Origin: Thermoproteota archaeon
GTDB taxonomy: Archaea; Thermoproteota; Thermoprotei; Thermofilales; B9-G17
Assembly: GCA_029258885.1 (NCBI GenBank)
Contig: JAPDJW010000001.1
Span: 32,001 to 96,000 of the forward strand
Length of the DNA stretch: 64,000 bases
Reading direction: 5' to 3'
Position 1 is the stretch's first letter, and every line of letters starts with the position of its first letter. Under the pieces are notes generated by a model. It was given only the letters and a program-made list of their open reading frames with translations. It made no database searches and was not told the origin of the DNA. This document shows, piece after piece, positions 28,634 to 43,436 of the stretch. A program made the translations under genes and the position numbers.

Positions 28634-30004
28634 TTATCTAACTAATATAGGTTTTTCCTTCTCAATCTTTATTATCCTATTATGTATGGATTCAAAGAGC
28701 GCTAGCTCGGATTCCTCGTGAACCTTATGATTGATGAGTGTTATTACAAGAGTTTTTTCGGGGAGATTTTCATATATATGTTGGATAAATTTAAATACCG
28801 TTAGGACACCTGAGGCTAAAACCAATTGTGTAATGTCTTCTATAACCAGTATCTGTGGTTGTTCACGGTATCTTTTAACGTTTTCTAGAATGCTATATGA
28901 AAGAAGCGATAAGTTTGTCATGGATATTACATGTGGAATTTCCGAGGAAGGTAGTCTAGCCATCAGTATAACACTGAGATGTAAACGTCCTAGTTTATGA
29001 ATCCAGCTTCTAAGTCGGCTTGTGACTGGTAGTACCACTACACGGTTCGCGAAGATTTCTTGCTTTAAAATTGAGGAAATTAACTGTTCGTAGGGTTCTT
29101 TTGGATCGTATTCAATTAATACTTTTTCGAAGTTATTTATCTCTATTTTGCCTATGCTAATTTTTACGGTAGCTCTTGTAGCGGGGCTTATTTGTGTAGG
29201 TACTTCATAAACATAAGATAGTTTCTCGCTAATTAACGTCTTAGCATAGAGGAACGCTATGTATACAATTGTAGCGAGAAAGAACGTGTTCATGGCAGGA
29301 TATATATTGTACTCAGTTAATGATGCCATATACATGCCGACTAAGCCCACTATCGATTGAATAAGAATTGCTACTATGAGTCTCTTTACAAAAATGAAGA
29401 GTCTAGGATTTAATAAAATTGACGTGAAGTCCTTAATTTTCTTAGATAGCATAAAGAGTGGAATCAGCCCCAGCGAGACAACTATAAGGTATAGGTAGTT
29501 GTATCTGGGCTGTAGATACTCTTGCCCCACTAGAGGATCAACAACCTTTTCATACCAGCTTACTGGAAGAAGCCACGTTACCAGTATGAGGGATAACATA
29601 TAGTATAGGCACAAGGAAGGAAGGAAGTATCTCCAAGATAAAATATATTTTAGTGCCTCTGAAAGGTTCCACCTAACTTCTAAACAGACAGCTAGGATAG
29701 CTATTATGATCCATGCCGAGTAAAAGATTGTCAATGCAATCATTCCGGGAGTACTCTTACCCCCTATTGAGACAGATAATGTTGTATGATGGGGGTCGAA
29801 ATATATGATGTATATATAAATTAAGTTTAATAGTCCGAGTCCTATTGTAATGATTGAGCTTAGGGCTATGGTTAAAGTAGTTAATGCTTTAGGTTCTGCA
29901 TGTCTATACCCGTAGTATAGGTGTATTACTAGCATTAGGTAAAACATAAACACTATCTCAATGACTATCTGTATTATCTTTACGGCTATAATTTCATATT
30001 CCAC
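28634..30004 (-). CDS. Multi-TM sensor-like protein with C-terminal inactive RecA/KaiC-like (DUF835-like) domain
   Basis: About 7 TM helices, then VLIEYDP, degenerate Walker B LVIEDITQL, no Walker A. Confidence 0.7.
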   Translation of the reverse strand: MEYEIIAVKIIQIVIEIVFMFYLMLVIHLYYGYRHAEPKALTTLTIALSSIITIGLGLLNLIYIYIIYFDPHHTTLSVSIGGKSTPGMIALTIFYSAWIIIAILAVCLEVRWNLSEALKYILSWRYFLPSLCLYYMLSLILVTWLLPVSWYEKVVDPLVGQEYLQPRYNYLYLIVVSLGLIPLFMLSKKIKDFTSILLNPRLFIFVKRLIVAILIQSIVGLVGMYMASLTEYNIYPAMNTFFLATIVYIAFLYAKTLISEKLSYVYEVPTQISPATRATVKISIGKIEINNFEKVLIEYDPKEPYEQLISSILKQEIFANRVVVLPVTSRLRSWIHKLGRLHLSVILMARLPSSEIPHVISMTNLSLLSYSILENVKRYREQPQILVIEDITQLVLASGVLTVFKFIQHIYENLPEKTLVITLINHKVHEESELALFESIHNRIIKIEKEKPILVR

Positions 30005-30050
30005 GCTTGGTACACCTATATTATTAATTTTTAGATATGTTTCCTTAATA

Positions 30051-31442
30051 TTAACTTTCTCTATACGGTGTAATAACTATCTTTAATTTTCTCGGTTTTA
30101 GGAGGTAGTAATCTTTCTCTATTCTCAATACTTTGCCGAACATTTCCTCTATCAATTCGAGTTCCTCCTCTCTATGATACATATAGTTAACTAATGCTAT
30201 CATTAGTGATTCTCTAATATTTTGGCTTAAGTATAATATGAAGTCCTTTACTCTTTCATAGCCATTATATATGATCAGGTTTGTAAGATCATCTATGATG
30301 ATCACCGTGTGAAGGTTATGTAAAACTACGTACTTTACTAGCAGACTTGCCAGAAGGGATAAATCTGTTACGGAAATATCTGTACTGCTACCTTTCTTAG
30401 TTTTTACAAAGATATCTACGTAACAGTAACCCTTTTCCTTAAGCTTCTTTAATTCTCCTGCAAGGTTACTATAGTTTCTCGATACGAGAATTATTAAGGA
30501 TGTATCGATGAAGTTTTCTACGATAAGTTTTATGAAACGGAGGTAGTTTACTCTGGGGTTATACTCTATCAGTATTCTGTCGTTGGCATTTAGTTCGATA
30601 TTTCCAATTTTATACCTTGTTTTTATTGGCTCTGTGGGTAAGGGTATAGGTTCAACGCGGCTTAATACTTCGAGTCTTCTTTGTATTGATATAAGATATA
30701 TAGCAACAGTTACTGCCGATACCAGCGTGGCTAGAGTCATGTTTACGGGAATGAAGTAACATGGCGATAACAACGCTATGAGTATTGTCGTTTGAATGAA
30801 CACTATCAATATTAGCGACCTGAAGAGTTGCTGTAGGTAGTATTCGCCAATCATACGCCCGATCTTGAAAAATAGGCTTAAAATATTGAAGAGGGGCGGT
30901 ATTAACATTATAGCTGCTAAAGTAATTATGGGAGAGCGTGCCCTTACAAGCGTAATCCTTAGGCCGGCAGTATCATAAAAAAAGAAGGTATATTCATCTT
31001 TAAATAAAGCCAATAAGAAGAGCTCTATTGAGATTATTGGAAATAGCAAGTAAAGATACTTTTCTAGTTTTTTCCCTAATTTTTCAGTTCCAGAAAGCCA
31101 TGATCTTAACGACATAATATCCGTACAGAGTAAGGAGAGTATTACCTGCATAACTAGTATTGTAAGTAAAACAGTACTTCTAGAGTATATTTCTCTAATT
31201 AAAGCATCATGTATTCTTCCTAAATTTGCCGTGGCTAATATTATTGTATTGATCATTAAGTGCGTAAATCCACTCGTCAGGTTTATCGCAATAATTATCG
31301 TTATGAGATGTTCCATTGTTTTTTCCTTTATCTTATCCTTGGACATTTTTTCTATTTTAAGTAAGGTAAGTAACATAGCGGCAGAATAGAGTAGGCCTGC
31401 GATCAGGTATATCGTATGTGTATATATTATTGATAGTATCAT
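30051..31442 (-). CDS. Paralogous multi-TM sensor-like protein with inactive RecA/KaiC-like domain
   Basis: About 7 TM helices, ILIEYNP, IIIDDLTNL, same architecture as the neighbour. Confidence 0.7.
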   Translation of the reverse strand: MILSIIYTHTIYLIAGLLYSAAMLLTLLKIEKMSKDKIKEKTMEHLITIIIAINLTSGFTHLMINTIILATANLGRIHDALIREIYSRSTVLLTILVMQVILSLLCTDIMSLRSWLSGTEKLGKKLEKYLYLLFPIISIELFLLALFKDEYTFFFYDTAGLRITLVRARSPIITLAAIMLIPPLFNILSLFFKIGRMIGEYYLQQLFRSLILIVFIQTTILIALLSPCYFIPVNMTLATLVSAVTVAIYLISIQRRLEVLSRVEPIPLPTEPIKTRYKIGNIELNANDRILIEYNPRVNYLRFIKLIVENFIDTSLIILVSRNYSNLAGELKKLKEKGYCYVDIFVKTKKGSSTDISVTDLSLLASLLVKYVVLHNLHTVIIIDDLTNLIIYNGYERVKDFILYLSQNIRESLMIALVNYMYHREEELELIEEMFGKVLRIEKDYYLLKPRKLKIVITPYRES

Positions 31443-31469
31443 GGTACATATGTAGTTATAGTTATTAAC

Positions 31470-32057
31470 CTATATACGTTTGCCTATGGTTTCGTGAATA
31501 TAAAGAACTTTAGCATTTTCCTCCATTATCTCGGCTTTTGCATAAGCTGAGTATATATCTTCGGCTATGCATATTACTCCATGTCTTTTAAGAATTAGTG
31601 CTCCTACCATCTTATTGCGTGCTTTTTCTTCAGCTAGGCGTGCCAGTTTTAGGCTGCCTGGAGGGGCATACTCCACTACTTCTATTTTTCCCACTATTTT
31701 CTGGAACTCTGCTACTTCCTCAAGGTATTCTATTAGCCTTTCAAAGAGAGATAATGTATATGGGCTATGTGTATGAACTATTGCATGGACATCGTTTCTT
31801 ACGCTATATATAGCTAGATGCATTCGCCGCTCGCTCGAGGGAGCATGTATTCCCCATAAAACATTTCCTGAAAAATCTATTTTCACAATGTCTGCTGGCC
31901 TTAACGACCACTTAGGTATGCCCGATGGAGTAATTAGAATTCCGTCATCCATTCTAATGCTGGCATTTCCTGTAAAACTAGAAATAAGTCCGCGAAGGTA
32001 CATTCTTTTCATAACATTTACCAAGTCGAGGACGGCATCTCTATCTTTTCTTTGCAT
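31470..32057 (-). CDS. Class II aldolase/adducin-family protein
   Basis: GNASIR, ITPSG, PSSERRMHLAIY, IVHTHSPY, LKRHG. Confidence 0.9.
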   Translation of the reverse strand: MQRKDRDAVLDLVNVMKRMYLRGLISSFTGNASIRMDDGILITPSGIPKWSLRPADIVKIDFSGNVLWGIHAPSSERRMHLAIYSVRNDVHAIVHTHSPYTLSLFERLIEYLEEVAEFQKIVGKIEVVEYAPPGSLKLARLAEEKARNKMVGALILKRHGVICIAEDIYSAYAKAEIMEENAKVLYIHETIGKRI

Positions 32058-32136
32058 GTTCCACCCGCTACTATATTATCGATTAACAAGGTTAATTAGT
32101 GTTCTTACCTATTTAATAAGCTGATAGCGCTGTGAT

Positions 32137-33000
32137 GTGAGGATTATGATAGCTGTAATTCCGGTGGCTGGACTAGGTACCCGGCTGTTACCTTCGACGA
32201 AGGAGCAACCCAAGGAGATGTTGCCTGTCTTTGCAAGGAATTCAAGCGGTACCATAAGCCTTAAGCCCACAATACAAATAATATTCGAACAACTGTTTGA
32301 ATCGGGAATAAGGAATTTTCTCTTCGTAATAGGTAGGGGTAAGAGAATAATAGAAGATCACTTTACCCCGGATAGAGGCTATTTAGAGTTACTTGTCAAG
32401 AGAGGTAAAATTACGAAAGCTGAGGAGCTGAAGCAATTTTACAACATGATAGGTAGTAGCTTTATCGCTTGGGTGAACCAGGACGAGCCCCTCGGCTTCG
32501 GTGATGCGGTCCTAAGGAGTAAGCATCTAGTAGTTAATAGCGAGTTTATGGTTCATGCAGGAGATACTCTGATACTAAGCTGCCGTAATCATATTGTGGC
32601 TTTAATCGAATGCTTCAAGGACATGCATGCTGATGCCGTATTCTACGTTAAGGAGGTGGATGATCCGAGGAAATATGGTGTAGTAATTCCTGCTGAAAAA
32701 TCTGGAATAGGCGATGTTTTCAAGGTTAAGGGAGTTATTGAAAAGCCTGAGGTCCCGCCCACTAATCTAGCGATACTACCTATCTATGTCTTCAAACCAC
32801 TAATATTCAAAGCTTTAGAGAGCATAGAGCCTAGCTCTAGAGGCGAGCTGGAGCTGACCGATGCCATACAAAAGTTGATAGATTGGGGCTGCAATGTGTT
32901 TGCACGAAAAATTCCTAATGGTGCTTTGTGGATTGATATAGGGACTCCTGAAACGTATTGGATAGCATTAAAGAAAACGTATGAATTAGCGAAGCAGTAG
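32137..33000 (+). CDS. Sugar-phosphate nucleotidyltransferase (UTP-glucose-1-phosphate uridylyltransferase-like)
   Basis: PVAGLGTRLLPSTKEQPKEMLP, QDEPLGFGDA, IEKP, ELTDAI, DIGTP. Confidence 0.9.
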   Translation: MRIMIAVIPVAGLGTRLLPSTKEQPKEMLPVFARNSSGTISLKPTIQIIFEQLFESGIRNFLFVIGRGKRIIEDHFTPDRGYLELLVKRGKITKAEELKQFYNMIGSSFIAWVNQDEPLGFGDAVLRSKHLVVNSEFMVHAGDTLILSCRNHIVALIECFKDMHADAVFYVKEVDDPRKYGVVIPAEKSGIGDVFKVKGVIEKPEVPPTNLAILPIYVFKPLIFKALESIEPSSRGELELTDAIQKLIDWGCNVFARKIPNGALWIDIGTPETYWIALKKTYELAKQ

Positions 33001-33007
33001 TCAGCTT

Positions 33008-34789
33008 TTATTCCTTTACTGAGCTAATAAGTTCTCTATAGTTTACTAGCTCCTTATAGTAGCATATCATTTTCATGAATTTCTCTTTATCGATGTAGCC
33101 ATGGGGCGATGGTACTTCGAAAATCCTGTCGGGAATTATCAGCTTGTCGATATCGAAGCCATTAATTATCTTGAACTTCAATTTTTCTCTATGTATTTTC
33201 TGTCCTATCGAGAATAGCTCTTCGACTTCGTGCTCTTGTCCTAAGACTTTTAAAGCTTTGGAGACCGTTTCGGGCGTGTATATTCCTCTGGAGAATAAAC
33301 ATACAACTAAGCTAGTTAATACTTGACGCCACTCCTCCTCCTCCAATAGCTTCTCTACGTACTCCTTCCCGTAAACGTTCTTTCCTAAATTCTTCTGGTC
33401 AAAGGAGTATCCAGCCATATCCAGGTGACTATGCCTAGAGCCTAGTAGTAATCCGAGATGGCCTAATGGACCTGTATGGTATCCCGCCATCTCTAAACCA
33501 CCGAATTGTAACGCATATTCTTTCCCTCCATATTTCTCCGATGCATACTTTACACCTTTAGCTAATGCCGCATATAGTTCACCCCTTTGATACGCTATGT
33601 TTTCGATAATTTTCATGTAAGTCTCTGCGTCTCCCCATCTAGGCTCTAACCCCAGAGTATCGTCCTTACTTACCAATCCTCTCTCGTAAGCCTCAGTGAG
33701 CCACGCGAGAACTACGCCAGTGCTCATGGCGTCGAGGCCGTACACGTCGACCTTATCTATCAGTAGTAACATGTCAGTTGGATCGTTTATGCCGAGCATT
33801 GTACCTAGAGAGTATATGGGCTCATAATCGTAGGAAACAAATATAGTCTGTTTAAAGTATGGCTCATCTTCGTAAGGTATCGTCACTGCAGCTAGGTGAA
33901 TACAAGCTACTGGACAGTGAGCGCATGAAACACGCCTACCCAAATACTCCTCAGCTAAGTTCTCACCGGATACCTTATCAGCGTTTTCGAAAAAGCTCTG
34001 TTGTAGATTCCTAGTGGGCAGGGCCTTTATTTTATTAAGAACCCTTATATTCATTGCAGTGCCTAAATCATGGTACTTCTTCATGGCGGCGGTTTCAACA
34101 GCCTTCCTATATATCTCGTCGTAGAGTTTCCTGTAAAGCGTTTTCTCCTTAACAGGTATACTTCTCTTTCCCGAGATAACGAACGCCTTAAGCTTTTTAC
34201 TTCCAAAAACCGCTCCCAGCCCAAGTCTTCCGAAGTGTCTATATGTTTCCGTCACCACACATGCGTATCTAACGAGATTCTCTCCAGCAATGCCAATACG
34301 CATTATACTCCTAATTCCCGATCCCGGCTCAACCTCCCTAATAATCCTACCTACGGTATGACTTGAACGCATGCCCCATAATGTTTTAGCGTTCCTGAAG
34401 TAAACCCTGTCACCGTGGACAGCTACATATATGGGTATATCGCTAGCACCCCTAAGGACTATTGCTCCATAGCCAGCCAACCTAATAGCTACACCGCTCC
34501 TGCCGCCAGCGTGGCTCTCACCCAGGTTTCCGGTAAGCGGGCTTTTGAACATAGCAACAGTTTTAGACGCCATCGGAAAGACGCCGTTTAGAGGCCCCAC
34601 AGCGAAAACTATCACATTTTCAGGTCCTAGGGGATCCGTCTTACTGCTAACTTCCTCACTCAATAGCTTTATTGCAACTCCCGTTCCTCCGATATTCTCT
34701 TCAAAGAGTTCAGGCCTATTTTCAACCCAATACCTTTTCCTCGCAAGATCTATATATAATACCCTAGCTAAGGTATCCATCCTCCTCAC
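33008..34789 (-). CDS. Aldehyde:ferredoxin oxidoreductase family (tungstoenzyme)
   Basis: KSPLTGNLGESHAGG, GRLGLGAVFGSKKLKA, CAHCPVAC, DYEPIYSLG, GLDAMSTG. Confidence 0.92.
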   Translation of the reverse strand: MRRMDTLARVLYIDLARKRYWVENRPELFEENIGGTGVAIKLLSEEVSSKTDPLGPENVIVFAVGPLNGVFPMASKTVAMFKSPLTGNLGESHAGGRSGVAIRLAGYGAIVLRGASDIPIYVAVHGDRVYFRNAKTLWGMRSSHTVGRIIREVEPGSGIRSIMRIGIAGENLVRYACVVTETYRHFGRLGLGAVFGSKKLKAFVISGKRSIPVKEKTLYRKLYDEIYRKAVETAAMKKYHDLGTAMNIRVLNKIKALPTRNLQQSFFENADKVSGENLAEEYLGRRVSCAHCPVACIHLAAVTIPYEDEPYFKQTIFVSYDYEPIYSLGTMLGINDPTDMLLLIDKVDVYGLDAMSTGVVLAWLTEAYERGLVSKDDTLGLEPRWGDAETYMKIIENIAYQRGELYAALAKGVKYASEKYGGKEYALQFGGLEMAGYHTGPLGHLGLLLGSRHSHLDMAGYSFDQKNLGKNVYGKEYVEKLLEEEEWRQVLTSLVVCLFSRGIYTPETVSKALKVLGQEHEVEELFSIGQKIHREKLKFKIINGFDIDKLIIPDRIFEVPSPHGYIDKEKFMKMICYYKELVNYRELISSVKE

Positions 34790-35184
34790 CTCTCCTCAAT
34801 TTCCAGTACACCGTGGGGACAGTAATTAACACAGTATCCGCAGTGAGTACAAATTATGGGCTTATTTGCAACATTATCCCAGAATATGGCACCAATAATA
34901 CATGCATTAACACAGGAGCCACAGCCTATACATTTATCAGGTATAAGCGTAACTCCACCACCTTTTCTTGGAACGAGAGCATCCACAGGACAAGCCTTAG
35001 CACAGGGAGGATCAGTGCATGCACGACAAACAACGACCGTAAACCCCCTCTCAACGCCTCCAACGCTCCTCACGATAATAGCGCTTCTCTCTAAGCCGCC
35101 ATCCCCAAACCTCCTACTACAAGCAAACATACATAACTGGCATCCAACACATCGATTCACATCCACAACAGATATTCTAGACAA
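34786..35184 (-). CDS. 4Fe-4S dicluster protein, electron-transfer partner of the AOR
   Basis: CVGCQLCMFAC, CRACTDPPCAKACP, CIGCGSCVNAC, CTHCGYCVNYCP; overlaps the AOR start. Confidence 0.92.
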   Translation of the reverse strand: MSRISVVDVNRCVGCQLCMFACSRRFGDGGLERSAIIVRSVGGVERGFTVVVCRACTDPPCAKACPVDALVPRKGGGVTLIPDKCIGCGSCVNACIIGAIFWDNVANKPIICTHCGYCVNYCPHGVLEIEER

Positions 35185-35301
35185 AATTTCTCACCCCATC
35201 CCTCAACAACAAACTCAAATAAATTATTTACCCTGAATAAGCCAAGTAGGCAGACACTTAAAACGAAAAATTTAAGAAGAATATAAAGAATATCTATTCG
35301 A

Positions 35302-35376
35302 GGGCCCGTAGCTTAGCCTGGCCGGAGCATCCGGCTGATAACCGGAAGGTCGTGGGTTCGAATCCCACCGGGCCCA
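35302..35376 (+). tRNA. tRNA-Ile(GAT)
   Basis: GGGCCCG/CGGGCCC acceptor, TCCGG-CTGATAA-CCGGA anticodon arm, GTTCGAATC. Confidence 0.97.
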
Positions 35377-35454
35377 CCTCCTTACAAATAACAGTTAAAT
35401 AGAAGGACTCCCACCCCACCTATTTTCACATAAAAGTAGAGTAAACAATATAAG

Positions 35455-35475
35455 GAGGAAAAAGGATTTATATAA
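35455..35475 (+). promoter_or_regulatory. Putative rRNA operon promoter (BRE plus TATA box)
   Basis: Purine-rich stretch followed by TTTATATA at 35467-35474, just before the GC-rich structured leader. Confidence 0.7.
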
Positions 35476-35626
35476 TGCCCCGCAACCCTCCGGCGGCCCA
35501 GTCAGATAGGGGCGTATCGCTCCGAAATGAAAGACTGGCCTCCGGTTGCGGGGAAAGCCTCACACTCACGATGTGGATCTAAGCAACCCAGCCCTAGAGA
35601 AGGGGGCTGGACGCTTAGATCCGAAA

Positions 35627-37213
<1,587 letters not shown>

Positions 37214-37271
37214 CATGTAATGCAACCCGGGAGGTAACCTCTCGGGTGAAGGGCACGAATTCTAAAGATGT

Positions 37272-40496
<3,225 letters not shown>

Positions 40497-40545
40497 GGGG
40501 AAATGTTTTTAAATAGCTTTCATTCCCTTTTCTGTAGGTTAAATC

Positions 40546-42126
40546 ATGTTTAGAGAGGTTTATCAGGAGATATATCTCCCGGATTCGACGGCTATTACGT
40601 CGGGTATACTTAGGCGTTGGGTAGATGAGGGTAGGATTGAGGGTAGGATTGCTATTCATTCTCTACTAGTTTCATATTTTGAGGATTTAGCGAGGAAGGG
40701 TATGAGTCAAGGCTTTATTGGGTTGGAGGAGCTTGGGCTTTTAAGAAAGTCCTGCGAAGATAGGGATGGTGTTGAGATTGAGGTTGTTAGGGATATTCCT
40801 CAAGGCTATAGGGTTTCTAGAGACTTAAATGTCGATGAGGTTGTTAGAGAGCTTGCAAGGGACTGGAATGCTACTGTAATTACGTGTGATAGGATACAGT
40901 ATAGGACATGTATTGCTTCTGGCGTTAAGGCATTGTTCTTAGGTGATGAATCTAGGGACGGCTTTCTTATTGAAAAGTTCTTTGATGATAAAACTATGTC
41001 TGTTCATCTGAAAGAAGGCGTTATACCTTATGCTAAAATAGGCACTCCCGGGAAGTGGAAGTTTAAGCTTCTGGATTCAAAGCCTATTTCTAGAGCTGAA
41101 CTTGAGGGTATAGTTAGAAACATATATGAGGTTGCCAGGGAATCTAGGGACGCCTTCATTGAGGTTGAGAGGCCTGGCTCTACAATAATTCAGATTAAAA
41201 ACTATAGGATAGTTATAACTAGACCTCCTTTCTCCGATGGATTGGAGGTAACGGCTGTTAGGCCGGTCATTAAGCTTAAGCTTGAAGACTATAATTTACC
41301 TAAAAAATTGATTGTGAGGCTGGAGGAGAAGGCGGAGGGTATTCTAATAGCTGGCGCTCCTGGAATGGGTAAAACAACTTTCGCCCAGGCACTAGCGGAA
41401 TATTACATGAGAAAAGGAAAGGTAGTTAAGACCGTGGAGTCCCCAAGAGACATGCAGTTGCCGGATGAAATAACACAGTATTCTAAGAATTACGCTACAT
41501 CAGAGGAGATACATGATGTACTTCTGCTTTCGAGGCCCGATTATACGGTTTTCGATGAGATGAGGGATACTAAGGATTTTGAGCTCTACACGGATTTGAG
41601 GCTAGCTGGGATTGGATTAATTGGCGTTGTACATGCAACTTCAGCTATAGATGCTATTCAGAGGTTTGTAGGGAGAGTGGAGCTTGGAATGATTCCGTCC
41701 ATAATAGATACGGTGATATTCATCAAGGATGGCGCCATAAACAAGGTATATGAGCTGGAGACTACGGTGAAAATTCCGTATGGATTAAGGGAGGCGGATC
41801 TAGCAAGGCCGGTGGTTGTAGTAAAAGATTTTCTTACAGGAAAACCTGAGTATGAAATGTATGTTTTCGGCGAGAGGACATTTGTTGTCCCCATAAAGAG
41901 GTACGAAAGTAAAGAGGAAAAACGTATAAGGAGAAGTATAGAGAAGATTATCCGTAGATATATTCCGGATGAAAGCATTGATATAGACGTGCTTAGCGAG
42001 GGGAAGGTAATTATTTCAATAGACCCGGAATATTTGCCGATTATTATGGGAAAATTCAAGAAGAGGATAGATAGAGTCGGCAAAAGGCTGGGGGTCGATA
42101 TAGAAGTAAGGCCTAAATTATCTTAG
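40546..42126 (+). CDS. PIN domain + ATPase + KH protein (PINA-type ATPase)
   Basis: N-terminal PIN (LPDSTA), GAPGMGKTT, TVESPRD, FDEMR, GVVHAT, C-terminal KH-like IIMGKFKKRI. Confidence 0.9.
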   Translation: MFREVYQEIYLPDSTAITSGILRRWVDEGRIEGRIAIHSLLVSYFEDLARKGMSQGFIGLEELGLLRKSCEDRDGVEIEVVRDIPQGYRVSRDLNVDEVVRELARDWNATVITCDRIQYRTCIASGVKALFLGDESRDGFLIEKFFDDKTMSVHLKEGVIPYAKIGTPGKWKFKLLDSKPISRAELEGIVRNIYEVARESRDAFIEVERPGSTIIQIKNYRIVITRPPFSDGLEVTAVRPVIKLKLEDYNLPKKLIVRLEEKAEGILIAGAPGMGKTTFAQALAEYYMRKGKVVKTVESPRDMQLPDEITQYSKNYATSEEIHDVLLLSRPDYTVFDEMRDTKDFELYTDLRLAGIGLIGVVHATSAIDAIQRFVGRVELGMIPSIIDTVIFIKDGAINKVYELETTVKIPYGLREADLARPVVVVKDFLTGKPEYEMYVFGERTFVVPIKRYESKEEKRIRRSIEKIIRRYIPDESIDIDVLSEGKVIISIDPEYLPIIMGKFKKRIDRVGKRLGVDIEVRPKLS

Positions 42127-42254
42127 TTTCATTAACTATACTAAATTTATAAGGTGAAATAGTATAGCATGTGGTATCTAAACGTAAAGCATAATTATGA
42201 GAGCTACCCTATGCCTTATAGGGATTGCTCTTCTCAGTAAAGTTAGGTGTTGGC

Positions 42255-43205
42255 ATGGCTGTAAGAACATGCAGGAACTGTATCCATTATTCACCATCCA
42301 CCGGATTTTGCCTAAAACTTATGAGGTTCATCAGTGATCCAAATAATCCTCCATGTATAGGTGTTCAAGCTATATCACCAAGCATCAATCAACAAGTAAG
42401 CAATCCTGTTGTACAAACAGTAAGCGAAGATCAAGATCTAGGTGCTGTCGTAATTAGAGGGAAGCCTAGATATGATAGGGTATATGCTAAAACGGGTATA
42501 GAGCTCCTGGATAAGTTGCTCGGTGGAGGATTTCTAAGAGGAAAAACGTATCTTGTGGCGGGAGAGACGGGGTGTGGAAAAACTATTTTCTCTCTTCAAT
42601 TTCTCGTTTATGGAGCGTTAAACGGGGAGCCTGGAGTATACTTAGCGATAGATGAACCCACAGAACATCTACTACGAGGTATTAAGAGGCTTGGATGGGA
42701 CGTAACCGAATTGATAGAGGACGGTAAACTGTTATTCCTTGACATGCGAACGCATTTCAGCAAAATATATATGAAGGAGGAGAGAAAGAAGATAGAGCCT
42801 CGTTTCATTATTGAATCAATAATCAATAATATTAGGAAGATTAAAGCTAAGAGGCTAGTGATAGACCCCGTTGCACCTCTAATGTATGGTGGTTCAACCG
42901 ATGTATTATATGCAAGGGAGTTCTTAAGAGAAATGGTGTTTTCTCTGGAAAAGCTCAGGACTGTTACCACAATAATGACCAGCGAAATACCGAGTGGAAG
43001 CAATAAACTTAGTCGTTTCGGAGTAGAGGAATTTCTTGCCTCAGGTATAATAGTTCTATCTCTAAATGAGATTAGGGGGAGGATCCTAAGGGTAATGTAT
43101 ATCAGGAAGGCCAGATGGGCGCCTGTACATCCATGCAAATATGTCTTTGAAATTGTGCCAGGTAAAGGTATAGTATTGAAGGGACCGCTTGAGAATTATG
43201 TTTAA
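42255..43205 (+). CDS. Single-domain KaiC/RAD55-family ATPase with N-terminal Cys cluster
   Basis: TGIELLDKLLGGG, GETGCGKT, LVIDP, EEFLASG, RKAR; ATG at 42255 preferred over track start 42225. Confidence 0.88.
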   Translation: MAVRTCRNCIHYSPSTGFCLKLMRFISDPNNPPCIGVQAISPSINQQVSNPVVQTVSEDQDLGAVVIRGKPRYDRVYAKTGIELLDKLLGGGFLRGKTYLVAGETGCGKTIFSLQFLVYGALNGEPGVYLAIDEPTEHLLRGIKRLGWDVTELIEDGKLLFLDMRTHFSKIYMKEERKKIEPRFIIESIINNIRKIKAKRLVIDPVAPLMYGGSTDVLYAREFLREMVFSLEKLRTVTTIMTSEIPSGSNKLSRFGVEEFLASGIIVLSLNEIRGRILRVMYIRKARWAPVHPCKYVFEIVPGKGIVLKGPLENYV

Positions 43206-43436
43206 GAGCTAGTCTATGAATGCTGAAAGCATAGCTGTTGTAATAAAGTATAGAGTCAATGGCGTTCTTGATAACTAATATATTTCAACTACTACTATTG
43301 GGGGCCGTAATAGGTCATATTAAAATAGTAATGAGTGTAGCATGATAATAATAGGAAAATATTAGGAGAATATTAGGCAGTATTGCGATATCGACAGTAT
43401 TTAGGGTATTTTAATAGTTAGGCAGAGATAAAAACC

